Origin: Salinivirgaceae bacterium
Lineage (GTDB): Bacteria > Bacteroidota > Bacteroidia > Bacteroidales > SZUA-534
Length of the DNA: 64,000 nucleotides
Direction of reading: 5' to 3'
Assembly (NCBI GenBank): GCA_017557605.1
Contig: JAFYYJ010000044.1
Coordinates: 19,655 to 83,654 of the forward strand
In this document: positions 18,177 through 28,915 of the stretch, one piece after another
How positions within the stretch are numbered: the stretch's first letter is position 1
Layout: each line of letters starts with the position of its first letter
Translations under genes and position numbers: made by a program
Notes under the pieces: generated by a model
Told to the model about the DNA's origin: nothing
The model's database searches: none
Seen by the model: only the letters and a program-made list of their open reading frames with translations

Positions 18177-20312
18177 CTACTCTGCCAGAACCATTTCGTC
18201 GAGAAGATTCTGCGCACCGAAGTATTTGTCGAGAATCAGTAACACATAGCGGATATCGACCGAGATGCACTTCTGCAGTTCTTTTTCAAATGCTATGTCA
18301 CCGCTCATCGACTCCCAGTTGCCGTCGAAGGCCAAACCGATAAGCTCGCCTTTTGCATTCATTACAGGGCTGCCTGAGTTGCCGCCGGTGATGTCGTTAT
18401 TGGTGGTGAAGCAAACGTTCATCGAGCCGTCGGCATTGGCGTAGCGGCCGTAATCCTTGTTGGCGTATATGGTTTTCAGTTTTTCGGGAACGTTAAACTC
18501 GCGCTCGTCTGGATTTTCCTTCTCCATTATGCCCTCCATTGTTGTACGGTAGTCGTAGGTTGTGGCATCGGCAGGTTTGTAGCCGCCAACTGTTCCGTAG
18601 GTCAGGCGCATGGTGCTGTTGGCGTCGTAGTTGAACACGCTGTCGGGATACATCTCCATAAGACCGGCTGTGAACAGACGCATGCCTTTGGAAAGCTCCT
18701 CGTCGCCATTGTCCTCGTCAACAATCATAATCATCTGATAGAAGCTGTTGGCTGCGTCGAAAGCCGGGTCTTTCACCAAAGCCTTCATTGTCGGGTTGCG
18801 CATAAAAGCTTGATATTTAGCATCATCGCAGAATATCGATTTTGAGAACATATCATCGACATATTTATCCACGTTGCCCTTGTATTTCTTTTGGATGTCG
18901 AGCATAAAGCTGGGGTAGTTTTTCTGGTCAACATCGGCCATATATCGCTTGAACATTGCCTTTGTAACCTGTTTGTCGACATCACGGTTGTAGTCTTTCA
19001 TAAAATCGGCGAAGGCCTGTTTGCGGGTTTCCAGCACATCGTCGGGCACCTCGCCGGCAGTCAGGCTGCTAGCGAATTTCAGATGCGAGAACGCCTGTTT
19101 CAATATTTCAGAGCCTGAATATTGTGTCTCAATCAAATAGCCATAAACCGGGCTTGATTCGCTGTTCTTTTCGATACCTTTCTGAATTAGTTCAAGCGCC
19201 TGGCCATATTTCTCCTTACGGGCTGCATCAGCCTCAACCCAGTCAGCAAAATCTTTTTCTATCTTTTCCTTCTTCTCGACAATATGAAGCCGTTTCAGTC
19301 CGCGGTTCTGGCCAATCGAATATTTCCAATAGTTTGACGAGCCTGCAAATTTGGCCGAATACTGGATGCGGATTTTGTCGTTATCCTGCATGTATTCAGT
19401 CCAGATGTTCTGCTTCTCGCCGCGCACCTTGGCACGAATGGCATTGGTGACCATTGTCAGCTTCACCTCCCATGACGATATGTAGCGGTCAGTTGAGCCC
19501 GGATAGCCCATTACAAAGGCGAAGTCGCCCTCCTTGTATCCACCTAGCGAAACGGGCAGGAAATGTTTGGGTTTGTAAGGCACATTCTCCTCGGAATATT
19601 CGGCCGGCGAGCCGTCGGGAGCGCAATAGACGCGGAACATTGAGAAGTCGCCCGTGTGGCGCGGCCACATCCAGTTGTCGGTGTCTGCACCATATTTGCC
19701 AACCGACTCGGGCGGAGCAGCCACCAATCGTACGTCTTTGAATATCTGATATACAAATAGATAATAGAAGTTACCATACATCATTCCTTTCACTTTGGCA
19801 GTATAACTGGTGCTGTCGGTAGCCGCTTTGATTAACTCGTCGGAACGCGCATCGATTATCGAGTCGCGCTCAGATTCAGATGTTTTGTCGGTGATATCAG
19901 CAAGCACATTGTCGGTTACATCCTCGACGCGCACAAGCAGCCAGGCCGTTTTGCCAGGGTTGGCAAGCTCCTCGCTCTTGCTGCGGGCCACAAAACCATT
20001 GGTAAGCAGGTCATTATCGACTGTGCTGTGGCTCTGTATCTCGTCGTAGCCGCAGTGGTGGTTGGTCATCATCAAGCCTTCTGCCGACACAAACGACGCG
20101 GTGCACATTCCGCCGTCGAGCGCCACAATGGCGTCTTTCACGCAGGCCTGGTTGATATTGTAGATGTCTTCGGCTGTCAGTTTGAAACCCTCTTCGGTCA
20201 TCGTAGCCAAATTCTTCTCGATAAGGCATGGCAGCCACATTCCTTCGTCGGCGCGAGCCACAACTGATGCCAGCACAACGGCCGACACCAAAATCAAAAA
20301 TTTGTTTTTCAT
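18177..20312 (-). CDS. S46 family dipeptidyl-peptidase (DPP7/DPP11-like)
   Basis: A signal peptide is followed by the family-typical 'DEGMWLP'. The catalytic Ser context is 'GGNSGSPV'. 711 aa. Confidence 0.9.
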   Translation of the reverse strand: MKNKFLILVSAVVLASVVARADEGMWLPCLIEKNLATMTEEGFKLTAEDIYNINQACVKDAIVALDGGMCTASFVSAEGLMMTNHHCGYDEIQSHSTVDNDLLTNGFVARSKSEELANPGKTAWLLVRVEDVTDNVLADITDKTSESERDSIIDARSDELIKAATDSTSYTAKVKGMMYGNFYYLFVYQIFKDVRLVAAPPESVGKYGADTDNWMWPRHTGDFSMFRVYCAPDGSPAEYSEENVPYKPKHFLPVSLGGYKEGDFAFVMGYPGSTDRYISSWEVKLTMVTNAIRAKVRGEKQNIWTEYMQDNDKIRIQYSAKFAGSSNYWKYSIGQNRGLKRLHIVEKKEKIEKDFADWVEADAARKEKYGQALELIQKGIEKNSESSPVYGYLIETQYSGSEILKQAFSHLKFASSLTAGEVPDDVLETRKQAFADFMKDYNRDVDKQVTKAMFKRYMADVDQKNYPSFMLDIQKKYKGNVDKYVDDMFSKSIFCDDAKYQAFMRNPTMKALVKDPAFDAANSFYQMIMIVDEDNGDEELSKGMRLFTAGLMEMYPDSVFNYDANSTMRLTYGTVGGYKPADATTYDYRTTMEGIMEKENPDEREFNVPEKLKTIYANKDYGRYANADGSMNVCFTTNNDITGGNSGSPVMNAKGELIGLAFDGNWESMSGDIAFEKELQKCISVDIRYVLLILDKYFGAQNLLDEMVLAE

Positions 20313-20366
20313 AGATACACTTGTTTTGTTGTGCCAAATGTATTAAGAATAGGCATTGAGAGACTG

Positions 20367-21527
20367 CTATTTTGCAGTTTTTTTCGGCAGAAGGATGCGG
20401 AAAGTTGTGCCAACGTCAATCTCCGACGACAACACCGATATGCGGCCTTTGTGATAATTCTGGATTATGCGCTGCGACAGCGACAGTCCCAGACCCCAGC
20501 CGCGCTCCTTAGTGGTGTAGCCCGGCTTGAACACCGTTTTGAACTGATTCTTGTAAAGGCCTTTGCCGGTGTCAGACACCAACAGAACGGCTTTCTTAGC
20601 CGTCTCGCTTATGGTTATTGTTATGGTGCCGCGGCCGTTCATGGCGTCAATGGCGTTTTTAATCAGATTCTCGATAACCCAGTTGAACAGCGGGCCGCTC
20701 AAGCTGACAAAAACAGCGCTATCGGCCTCGTTTTCAATCTTGATGACCACATTCTCCGACACGCGGCGGCGCATGTAATCGACAGCGTTGGCGACAGCCT
20801 GCTCTAAATCACATTGCTGGAGGTCGGGCACCGAGCCCACCTTCGAGAAGCGGTCGGCTATTATCTGCAAGCGGTCCACATCTTTCTGCATCTCATCAAG
20901 ATAGGTAGAATCGACCTTGCTTTGCCGCAACAGCTCAACCCAGGCCATAAGCGACGATATGGGCGTTCCCAGCTGGTGAGCCGTCTCCTTGGCCATTCCC
21001 ACCCACACGCGGTTCTGCTCAGCCCTGCGCGACGAGCTGAAAATCAAGTAGGCGACAAGCGCAAACAGTGCTATTATCGACAGCTGGATAATCGGGTAAT
21101 AAGCCAGACGCTTCAAGATTTTCGAATCGTCGTAATAGAGATAGTTTTTCCGATTATCGGGCAGGTCGATTTTGATTGGCTCGTGTTTCATTGCCATTTC
21201 GTCGATGTGGTTCACGCAGTAGGCGCTGTCGCTCTCGCGGTGCTTAGGCAGATTCATGGCGGAAATAATATCGCCGTCCTCATCAACGAGAATAACCGGT
21301 ATTGTATTGTTATTCTGTATTATATTAAAATAAAAACTGACATCGGTATCCGTATCGCTGAGCGCAATCTGGCGGGTTGCTCCGGCCCACAGCTGCATCC
21401 GTTTTGTCTCCTCAACGGCGATATCCGACGCCAGACGGTTGTTGTAATAAAGCGACAAACCTCCTATAAGCAAGGCTGTTACGACAAGTAACACTTTCCC
21501 GATTATCTTTTCTCTGTAGATGTTCAT
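20367..21527 (-). CDS. Sensor histidine kinase (2 TM)
   Basis: H-box 'AHQLGTPISSL' with HATPase motifs 'NLIKNAIDA', 'DTGKG' and 'GWGLGLS'. The ATG at MNIYRE was preferred over the upstream TTG. Confidence 0.8.
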   Translation of the reverse strand: MNIYREKIIGKVLLVVTALLIGGLSLYYNNRLASDIAVEETKRMQLWAGATRQIALSDTDTDVSFYFNIIQNNNTIPVILVDEDGDIISAMNLPKHRESDSAYCVNHIDEMAMKHEPIKIDLPDNRKNYLYYDDSKILKRLAYYPIIQLSIIALFALVAYLIFSSSRRAEQNRVWVGMAKETAHQLGTPISSLMAWVELLRQSKVDSTYLDEMQKDVDRLQIIADRFSKVGSVPDLQQCDLEQAVANAVDYMRRRVSENVVIKIENEADSAVFVSLSGPLFNWVIENLIKNAIDAMNGRGTITITISETAKKAVLLVSDTGKGLYKNQFKTVFKPGYTTKERGWGLGLSLSQRIIQNYHKGRISVLSSEIDVGTTFRILLPKKTAK

Positions 21528-21584
21528 ATCCGTTTTCGATAAAATAGTCAAACGCAGAAAGCCACGCGTTATTGCATCGGGCGG

Positions 21585-24125
21585 CTATTCGTCGTCGTCG
21601 CTGTCGTCCCAGTCGATTACAAAGCCCGATGACTGCTGTGGTTTCTTCTCCTCAACTTTGACGGTGGTGTCTTTCTTGAACAGTCCGAACTCCTTTTTCA
21701 GAATCTGCTTCACCTCCTGCTTCTGCTGCTGTACCTCGGTGCGCAACTGTTGCTTTATCTCGGGGCGGTCGAATTTGATTTTAGTGACGCCGTCGGTGCG
21801 TGAGGCCAGAAGGAACACCGATGTCCGCGTGCCGTCCTCCACCACTCCGTAGGGCGTGTTCAGATTCTCAAGGCGCTTGGCTTTGCCGCGCATGAAATCG
21901 CTCAGCACGGCCTTGAAGTGGTACTCGTAGTTGCCGCTGAACTTCTGTTGCCCGTAGAGCGATATGTCGCAGGCGTTGCAGCCCACATTCATTTTCGGCA
22001 CATCGATGACGCCGCCCGAAATGGTGATGTCGTTGGTTAGGGTTGAGAACTCAAGGTTTCGGAACTCGTCAATCTTGGTGAAATCGGCGATACTATTGGT
22101 AGCCTCAACATTATGCAGCTTGCCGTCGGTAACCTCAAGATGCCCGTCGAAGTCCATTCTGTCGGTGTCGGGCTTGTCGCCATTGAAAGGCAGCAACAGC
22201 GCGAATGTAGCCGCCAGAGTGCCCTCGATGTTGCTGGTGGTGATGTAGGTCTGCCCGAAATTGCCGAAAGCGTCGAACAGCTTGTTGATGTTGATGCTGC
22301 TAACCGTACCCTTGCAAGCCAGATTTCGGTTTTTGTCCATTCGGTAGCTTAGGGTGCTGTTCATCCGGCCGTCGAACGAATAGAAATTCAAATTGTTGAC
22401 AACAAGCGCATTGCCGGCATATTGCAAGCGTCCCGACACGCGCTCGGCCACAAATTTCTCATAGGTGAATCGTGCGGCAGTAGTCTGCAAATCAACGTTA
22501 TAGGTTATTTTCGACTTGCCGTCGCCGCTGAAAAGCGGTTCAATCTGTTTATAGTCGAAAGCGTCGGTAACATTGAGCGTTCCGATGATGTTCATTGCCG
22601 GATAAGGCTCAACAACGGCCCGCATCAGATTGTTGATATTCAAGCTGAAATCGGTTTTGATGCCATTAAGCCGCGCGTCCACGTTTGTCAGTTTGAGAGC
22701 CACGCCCGCGAGTTGCGCCGTGCCTTCAATCTCGGTCAATTTGATTTTCTGCGCGTCGGAATAGGAGCCGCCGCTGACGGTTGCCGAAATTTTCGGATTG
22801 AGCTTCAAAAACGCTTGAACATCAAACTTTTTGCTCATATCGATATTGCCCACAGCCTTTACATGGCCTTTGACGTGACCGGCGGCGCGGTCGGGCATAT
22901 CACTGAAAATGAAGCGGTTCCAATCGTCAAGCTCGCCTTCGACATCGGCTTCGGCATTGATATGCGGGCTAGCCAGATTGTCGACCTTGACTCTGCCGCC
23001 AATGCTTGTCCGCTCAACTACGGTGGCCACCTCGTCGATATTGACATACGACTTGCGGCTGCGTGGCGAACCACCATTGCTATAGGTGCCTTTCAAGTTG
23101 GTGTGGCTCAGCTCAAGGTCAAGCTCGGGATATTTTATGGTGGCATCGTTGAGGCCGAAGCGGGCGGTGATGAGCGGTGTGCTGCGTTTGTCGAAACGTC
23201 CGCGTATGTTTGCGCTGAAATCGACAAGGCCGTTACTCTGAATTTTCGGTTTCTCTTTGGTTGCAAGGGTGAAATACTGCAAAGCATTGGCCACCGATAT
23301 TTTGCGACCGCGCAGTGTCAGGTTGAGGTAGGTTGTGGCGCTCAGCATCACCGCACCCGATAGTTCCATGTCGATGCCGCGCGACGAGAGCCGTCCCTCG
23401 CTGATTAGCAGACTGTCGTTGCGATAGCTCAGGTCCATGCGGATATTGGTGGGTGCAAGCGGCACAATCTCGACATTGTTGGCAGCAAACCACTGCAAGG
23501 TCATGCCACCTTTGGTCTGCAAGCGGACGGCCGTGCTGTCGAAAGTACCGTTTACCTCAAAATCGGGCAGATAGAGCTCCGTTCCGTTACCCTTGAACTG
23601 GTTGCTTATCTGAATCACACAGTCGTTGAAACGCAGACGCTCAAGCTCAACTTTCATCTTCACCGATGATGCTTGCTCTTTTTTCTCTTTGATAATATGG
23701 AAGTTATCGTTACCCTTATTGTCTATCAAGATGAAGAATTTGCCGTCGTTCACTTTAACCGACTGCAGCTCCAGCTCGTTGTCGAACAGCTTGCGGGCAT
23801 TGAACGACAGCACCAACTTTCTGACATTCAGCAATGTATCGGCCGAAGTATGGGCAAATCCTCGGTGATTGAACCCAACTGTTGGCGACATCACCGTAAC
23901 ATTATTGAGCACCATTGACGCATAGGGGAAACTGTTTATTAATGAGAAAGATATCTCGCCAACATTCACCGGCGCGTTCAGCTCCTCGTTTATGGCCTGC
24001 ACGCCGCGCTGTATCAGCCGGTCTTTAAGCAAAACCGTTCCACCGACAATTACACCGGCAAACAGCACTACCACTACCAGCAGCCAGAACAATATTTTAA
24101 GCAGAATCTTCGGTATTTTTTTCAT
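21585..24125 (-). CDS. AsmA-family / TamB-like outer-membrane assembly protein
   Basis: 846 aa with an N-terminal TM anchor, a long beta-rich body and an acidic C-terminus. The architecture is typical of AsmA-like proteins. Confidence 0.65.
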   Translation of the reverse strand: MKKIPKILLKILFWLLVVVVLFAGVIVGGTVLLKDRLIQRGVQAINEELNAPVNVGEISFSLINSFPYASMVLNNVTVMSPTVGFNHRGFAHTSADTLLNVRKLVLSFNARKLFDNELELQSVKVNDGKFFILIDNKGNDNFHIIKEKKEQASSVKMKVELERLRFNDCVIQISNQFKGNGTELYLPDFEVNGTFDSTAVRLQTKGGMTLQWFAANNVEIVPLAPTNIRMDLSYRNDSLLISEGRLSSRGIDMELSGAVMLSATTYLNLTLRGRKISVANALQYFTLATKEKPKIQSNGLVDFSANIRGRFDKRSTPLITARFGLNDATIKYPELDLELSHTNLKGTYSNGGSPRSRKSYVNIDEVATVVERTSIGGRVKVDNLASPHINAEADVEGELDDWNRFIFSDMPDRAAGHVKGHVKAVGNIDMSKKFDVQAFLKLNPKISATVSGGSYSDAQKIKLTEIEGTAQLAGVALKLTNVDARLNGIKTDFSLNINNLMRAVVEPYPAMNIIGTLNVTDAFDYKQIEPLFSGDGKSKITYNVDLQTTAARFTYEKFVAERVSGRLQYAGNALVVNNLNFYSFDGRMNSTLSYRMDKNRNLACKGTVSSININKLFDAFGNFGQTYITTSNIEGTLAATFALLLPFNGDKPDTDRMDFDGHLEVTDGKLHNVEATNSIADFTKIDEFRNLEFSTLTNDITISGGVIDVPKMNVGCNACDISLYGQQKFSGNYEYHFKAVLSDFMRGKAKRLENLNTPYGVVEDGTRTSVFLLASRTDGVTKIKFDRPEIKQQLRTEVQQQKQEVKQILKKEFGLFKKDTTVKVEEKKPQQSSGFVIDWDDSDDDE

Positions 24126-24128
24126 CTC

Positions 24129-25013
24129 CTAAACGTTTCGGCTGTTGGTGAACAAAGTGCGTTTCTCATCTTCGGTGAGACCGTTGTAGCCTGTTTTGGC
24201 AATCTTCTCAAGAATGGCGTCAATCTCTTGCTGATTGTCGTGCTTGCGCTGGTTATACTCGTAGTCGGTCTCAGCGCGCTTGTAAGTTACTTTCATCTTA
24301 GGCTTGCGCGGTTTGAAACACGTTGCAAACCAGTCGATTATCCTTCCGAGCCAGGCTGTTATGTCGGTTCCGCGCCGCAACCCCACAATATACCACATTC
24401 CGAACAGTGCTCCGCCAATGTGCGCTATATGGCCGCCTGCGTTGGTGCCGTCGAGCATCGCAAGGTCGGAAACAACCGAAAAGACGGCTATCCACTTGAT
24501 ACGCACCTGTCCAAGAAACATGACATAAATGGAGTAGTTGGGCACATAAGCCGCCACTGCCAGCACCACCGCATAAACAGCTGCCGAGGCGCCGAGCGCA
24601 CAGGCGTAGGTGGCGTCGAAGCGCGGCAATAGATTGTAGCACAATATGAAAAGCAAGGCTCCGGCTATACCTCCGCACAAATAAACGTTCAGCAGCTGGC
24701 GGTTGCTGAAATATTCCAAAAAGATACGGCCAAACCAGAACAACCACAACATGTTGAACAATATGTGCATAAATCCTTGATGCAAAAACATATAGCTAAT
24801 CACGCCCCACGGATGTGTCAGCAGATTGTGCCAGCCGGCGTACACCATGCACCACTCGACAATTGGGTTGCCGGCCTTAACATTGAACAGCATCATCAGA
24901 ATATCGACCAATTTGACCAGCACAAACACCGCCAAATTGACGTAAATCAGCTTGTTGAGCATTGTTCCGCTACGGAATTCCGACATTATGTTATTCATTG
25001 TGCGATTGGACAT
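24129..25013 (-). CDS. Rhomboid family intramembrane serine protease
   Basis: Polytopic protein with 'GASAAVY' (Ser) and 'AHIGGALFG' (His) motifs and a C-terminal soluble tail. Confidence 0.85.
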   Translation of the reverse strand: MSNRTMNNIMSEFRSGTMLNKLIYVNLAVFVLVKLVDILMMLFNVKAGNPIVEWCMVYAGWHNLLTHPWGVISYMFLHQGFMHILFNMLWLFWFGRIFLEYFSNRQLLNVYLCGGIAGALLFILCYNLLPRFDATYACALGASAAVYAVVLAVAAYVPNYSIYVMFLGQVRIKWIAVFSVVSDLAMLDGTNAGGHIAHIGGALFGMWYIVGLRRGTDITAWLGRIIDWFATCFKPRKPKMKVTYKRAETDYEYNQRKHDNQQEIDAILEKIAKTGYNGLTEDEKRTLFTNSRNV

Positions 25014-25046
25014 AAAGCTTAGAGTTAAAAGTTTAGAGGTAAGAGT

Positions 25047-25114
25047 TTAGTGTTTAATTTTTTGCCTCAGTGTTATCGTCTTTGTCAGTGTTAGTGTTAT
25101 CGTCATCGTTATAG
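25047..25114 (-). repeat. ACGATAAC word-repeat element, copy 5 (mini-ORF 25047..25106)
   Basis: The minus strand reads 'aacgatgacgataacactaacactgacaaagacgataacactgagg'. The mini-ORF MTITLTLTKTITLRQKIKH starts 8 nt after the upstream rhomboid stop. Confidence 0.7.
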
Positions 25115-25951
25115 TTAATACCCATTCCACTCCATGTTTCCGCCTTTTTTGTTCCAATAACGAATCAGGAAGAATCCGAAAATCATGCCGCCAAGATGCG
25201 CGAAATGCGCCACATTATCACCGGCTTGGGGCACTATCACAGCCATAAGCTCAAGCAAACCATAGCCCAAAACGAACCATTTGGCACGAATTGGAATAGG
25301 CGGGAAAAGCAGCATCAACTGAACATTCGGGAACATCATTCCAAAAGCCAGCAGTACGCCGAACACCGCTCCTGAGGCGCCAACCGTAGGCGTATCGATG
25401 TACATGTTAACCAGCGAGTTGACTATGCCTATGCCTTGCTGTATGTAGGCCTGATTGTCGGGACTTGTGCTGTAAGCCGCCAGAAAATCATTCACCCACG
25501 CGGCCGGATGCTCAAGGTGACCGCGGACAATACGCATCAGCAACTCAGGGTCGGGAGTGTTGATGTAAGCTGTCACCTCGGCTTGCAAGCCTGACAGCGA
25601 CAGATACGACACCGTCAGCTGACACAAAGCCGCCCCGATGCCCGTCACAAAATAATAAACCAGAAAGCGCTTGCCGCCCCACACTTGCTCCAAGATACGC
25701 CCGAACATCACTAACGCAAACATATTGAAGAAGATATGCGTAATGCCGCCGTGCATGAACATATAGGTTACAAGCTGAATGGGCTTGAATTTATCGGACT
25801 GGAAGTTATGCAGCGCAAACCAGTCGGTCATGTTGAAAACGCCGCCTTGTGGCAGCAGCGAGTCGATAACAAAAACCGCGATATTGGCTATCAGCAGATT
25901 TTTAATCACTGGCGGCAGATTGCCAAACAACGGTGCTCTATATCCTTGCAT
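25115..25951 (-). CDS. Rhomboid family intramembrane serine protease
   Basis: Motifs 'MFMHGGITHIFFNM', 'GASGAVFGVL' and 'AHLGGMIFG'. Confidence 0.85.
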   Translation of the reverse strand: MQGYRAPLFGNLPPVIKNLLIANIAVFVIDSLLPQGGVFNMTDWFALHNFQSDKFKPIQLVTYMFMHGGITHIFFNMFALVMFGRILEQVWGGKRFLVYYFVTGIGAALCQLTVSYLSLSGLQAEVTAYINTPDPELLMRIVRGHLEHPAAWVNDFLAAYSTSPDNQAYIQQGIGIVNSLVNMYIDTPTVGASGAVFGVLLAFGMMFPNVQLMLLFPPIPIRAKWFVLGYGLLELMAVIVPQAGDNVAHFAHLGGMIFGFFLIRYWNKKGGNMEWNGY

Positions 25952-25956
25952 ATCAA

Positions 25957-27858
25957 TTATTTAAACAATTTTTCAATTTCATCCATAGTCAGTATTGCCA
26001 CAATAGGCCGCCCCGACGGCGTAAAGTTAGGCATCTTGCAGGCAAACAGGCGGTTATTGATGTCGGCCATTTCCTCCTGCGACAGTTGTTTTCCGTAGCC
26101 GATAGCCATATACCGAGCCATTGATGCCACAATGCCCTCGCGCATCGAGTCCTTGATAACCATATACTCCTCGCCTGTCAGCATCAGCATTGAGTTTATC
26201 CAATCTTTCAATTCCGACTCTGGGAAAGTCGCCGGTATGGCCGAGAACGAGAAGTTGTTACCGCCAAGGTCGTTTACCTCAAAGCCAAGTTTCTCGAGCT
26301 CAGGCACCATTTGGCGGAACAAATCGGTGTCTTTCAGATTCAAATCGAGGCGCTCGGGGTAAAGCAACCGCTGCGAGGCTCCGGCATCAGTGCGGCGTAC
26401 CATAAGATGCTCAAATAGGATGCGCTCGTGGGCACGGTGCTGGTCGATAACCATTAAACCCGATTTGACGTTTGTAAGTATGTATTTGTTTTTCAGCTGG
26501 AAAAACCGTCCGTTGCAAGCCGTTTCCTTTTCGTTTTCAAACATCGACGACTGCACAGTTTGCTCCTGACTGTCGGCAAGCGCGGGTGCTTCCAACTTGC
26601 TATTTTGCAGATTATCAACAATATTATCATCAGTCTGATGACGGGTGTTTTCAAAACCCGAGTACAGCTTCTCCCAATCGGTGTTGCCGCCCGACATACG
26701 GCTGCGGAACGTGGCTGTCTGGCTTATTCCGCGGCCTTTGCTGTTGCTGAACGGATTGTAATCGTTGGAGTAGTGAATCTGCGGCGGACGCACCTCGTCG
26801 GCGCTGTTGAAGACCGGAATGTCAATAGCCGGCTGATTATCAAAATCGATTGTCGGCGCCACAATTATCTTGCCCAGCGCCTCACGCACGGTGGCTTGCA
26901 TTATCGGCCATATCGATTGTTCGTTTTCGAACTTGATTTCAGTTTTTGTTGGGTGTATGTTGATATCGATTGTAGCCGGGTCAACATCAATATAGATGAA
27001 AAACGCGGGATTTTTGCCTTGCGGCAGAAGTTGGTCGTAGGCTTTCTGCACGGCGCGGCAAAACACAGGGTGCTTCATAAAACGGCCGTTCACAAAAAAG
27101 TATTGGTCGGCATCGTTCTTGTTCACCTTGGCGCAGTCGGGAGTGCCAACATAGCCCTTGATGCGCGCTACCGACGTTTCTGACTCCACTGGAAGCAACT
27201 TTTTGGCGTACGATTTGCCAACAATGCCCAAAATACGGTTGAAGATGTTGCCTATCGGAAGGTTAAGCATCTCCACGCCATTGTGTGTCAGCGACATCTC
27301 TACATCAGGGTGAGCAAGCGCTACATGATAAAACTCCTTGGTGACCTCTTTTAGCTCGGTGCTGTCCGATTTCAGGAACTTGCGCCGCGCCGGAACGTTG
27401 TAGAACAAGTTTTTCACCATTATGTTGGTGCCGTTCGGACATGATGTCGGCTCCTGAGCCTCAACCACCGAGCCGGTCATCTTGATAAAAGTGCCCAGCT
27501 CGTCGCCGTATTTGCGGGTGCGCATCTCGACGGTGGCAATGGCAACAATCGATGCCATGGCCTCGCCACGGAAACCCATTGTCTGAATGTCGAACAAGTC
27601 GGCGGCTTTCTGGATTTTCGATGTAGCGTGCCGTTCAAAGCACATCCGCGCGTCGGTAGCCGACATTCCACAGCCGTTGTCAATAACTTGGATGAGCGTC
27701 TTGCCGGCATCTTTCACAATAACCTGAATCTTGGTGGCACCGGCGTCAATGGAATTCTCCATAAGCTCTTTGATAACCGATGCCGGGCGTTGCACAACTT
27801 CGCCGGCGGCTATCTGGTTGGCCACATGGTCAGGTAATAGGTTGATGATGTCAGACAT
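25957..27858 (-). CDS. mutL: DNA mismatch repair protein MutL
   Basis: N-terminus 'LPDHVANQIAAGEVVQRPASVIKELMENSIDAGA' and 'DNGCGM'. 633 aa. Confidence 0.95.
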   Translation of the reverse strand: MSDIINLLPDHVANQIAAGEVVQRPASVIKELMENSIDAGATKIQVIVKDAGKTLIQVIDNGCGMSATDARMCFERHATSKIQKAADLFDIQTMGFRGEAMASIVAIATVEMRTRKYGDELGTFIKMTGSVVEAQEPTSCPNGTNIMVKNLFYNVPARRKFLKSDSTELKEVTKEFYHVALAHPDVEMSLTHNGVEMLNLPIGNIFNRILGIVGKSYAKKLLPVESETSVARIKGYVGTPDCAKVNKNDADQYFFVNGRFMKHPVFCRAVQKAYDQLLPQGKNPAFFIYIDVDPATIDINIHPTKTEIKFENEQSIWPIMQATVREALGKIIVAPTIDFDNQPAIDIPVFNSADEVRPPQIHYSNDYNPFSNSKGRGISQTATFRSRMSGGNTDWEKLYSGFENTRHQTDDNIVDNLQNSKLEAPALADSQEQTVQSSMFENEKETACNGRFFQLKNKYILTNVKSGLMVIDQHRAHERILFEHLMVRRTDAGASQRLLYPERLDLNLKDTDLFRQMVPELEKLGFEVNDLGGNNFSFSAIPATFPESELKDWINSMLMLTGEEYMVIKDSMREGIVASMARYMAIGYGKQLSQEEMADINNRLFACKMPNFTPSGRPIVAILTMDEIEKLFK

Positions 27859-27891
27859 CTTGCTTGCTGTTTTTGATTGGACACCGGATTG

Positions 27892-28152
27892 TTACATCAG
27901 AAATCTTTGGCGCAGGAAATAATAGGCGGCCGCCAATGTCAGGAAAATCACCAGCACGCGACGGCTCGATTTCTGCCGTTCCTTGCGGGCGAAATGTATG
28001 AAGTTGGGCGCCTCGCCGGGCTGCTCGCCCTGCGACTGCCTGTACTCGCGCTCTATCTGCTTGCGGCGCTCACGCCTTTTTTCCTCCTGCTCGTTGTAGA
28101 ACAGCGGTTTGTAGTTGAATTGGCGTGTGCCGGGTAATTTGAAGAATGCCAT
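27892..28152 (-). CDS. Small tail-anchored membrane protein, unknown function
   Basis: 86 aa from the ATG (MAFFKLPG...). It has a highly charged middle and a C-terminal TM 'VLVIFLTLAAAYYFL'. No family was recognised. Confidence 0.45.
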   Translation of the reverse strand: MAFFKLPGTRQFNYKPLFYNEQEEKRRERRKQIEREYRQSQGEQPGEAPNFIHFARKERQKSSRRVLVIFLTLAAAYYFLRQRFLM

Positions 28153-28256
28153 TTCCTGTCGTTTAATTGCACAAAGATATGAGATTTGGCGGTTCAATAA
28201 ACGCAACTGCCGCATTTCCTCACGAAAATGCGGCAGCCGTCGTGATATTGTTCCAA

Positions 28257-28862
28257 TTACTGTTTATACTTCTTAATTTTCTTCATTGCATCGTAAACCG
28301 AAGCCGCCCAGTAGTTGCGCAACCCGAAGCCGCTGGCGGCGCCTGTCAGCTTAAAGCTGGTGACAACATTGCGTGACTTAATGTCGAAGAAGACCATTTG
28401 GAATGTGCCAACCTGGCTCGATTTGTTAAGTTGATGAACGACAACAACCAAACCGGTACCGCTGTCGCCCGAATCGATTTTCAGGTTCTTTAAAGCAGTG
28501 GCTACGTTCTGGTCGTTGATAGAATAACCGCTGTTGGTGGTTTTCACATTGTCGGCCGGAATGCTGCTATTCGAGCTGCTGACAGCCTTAATGTTGGTGT
28601 TGTTCACTTTCTTGCCAGTCAGCTCCTCGATATTGTATTTTGAAGCCTCTGTCACAAACAAGTTGTTGATATCCTCGTAAGCTTTTTTCAACTTATCGGG
28701 CTCATCTGTAGCACCATACACCTTGCCTTGCGAAAAATCGACACCATAGAAGCTGATGCTCTCAATGTTGGCAATCGGACTTTTCTTTTTAGCGGTCTTT
28801 TGCGCGTTTGCCGATACCGCCACACAGGCAATCATCAGCACTGATAATAATAACTTTTTCAT
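28257..28862 (-). CDS. Secreted protein of unknown function
   Basis: Signal peptide 'MKKLLLSVLMIACVAVSANAQ'. The ORF is 201 aa from the ATG. No family was recognised. Confidence 0.6.
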   Translation of the reverse strand: MKKLLLSVLMIACVAVSANAQKTAKKKSPIANIESISFYGVDFSQGKVYGATDEPDKLKKAYEDINNLFVTEASKYNIEELTGKKVNNTNIKAVSSSNSSIPADNVKTTNSGYSINDQNVATALKNLKIDSGDSGTGLVVVVHQLNKSSQVGTFQMVFFDIKSRNVVTSFKLTGAASGFGLRNYWAASVYDAMKKIKKYKQ

Positions 28863-28915
28863 TTTCAATTAATTTTAAATAAGATTTAAACGTTGTTTGA
28901 TATCGAATATTGTTG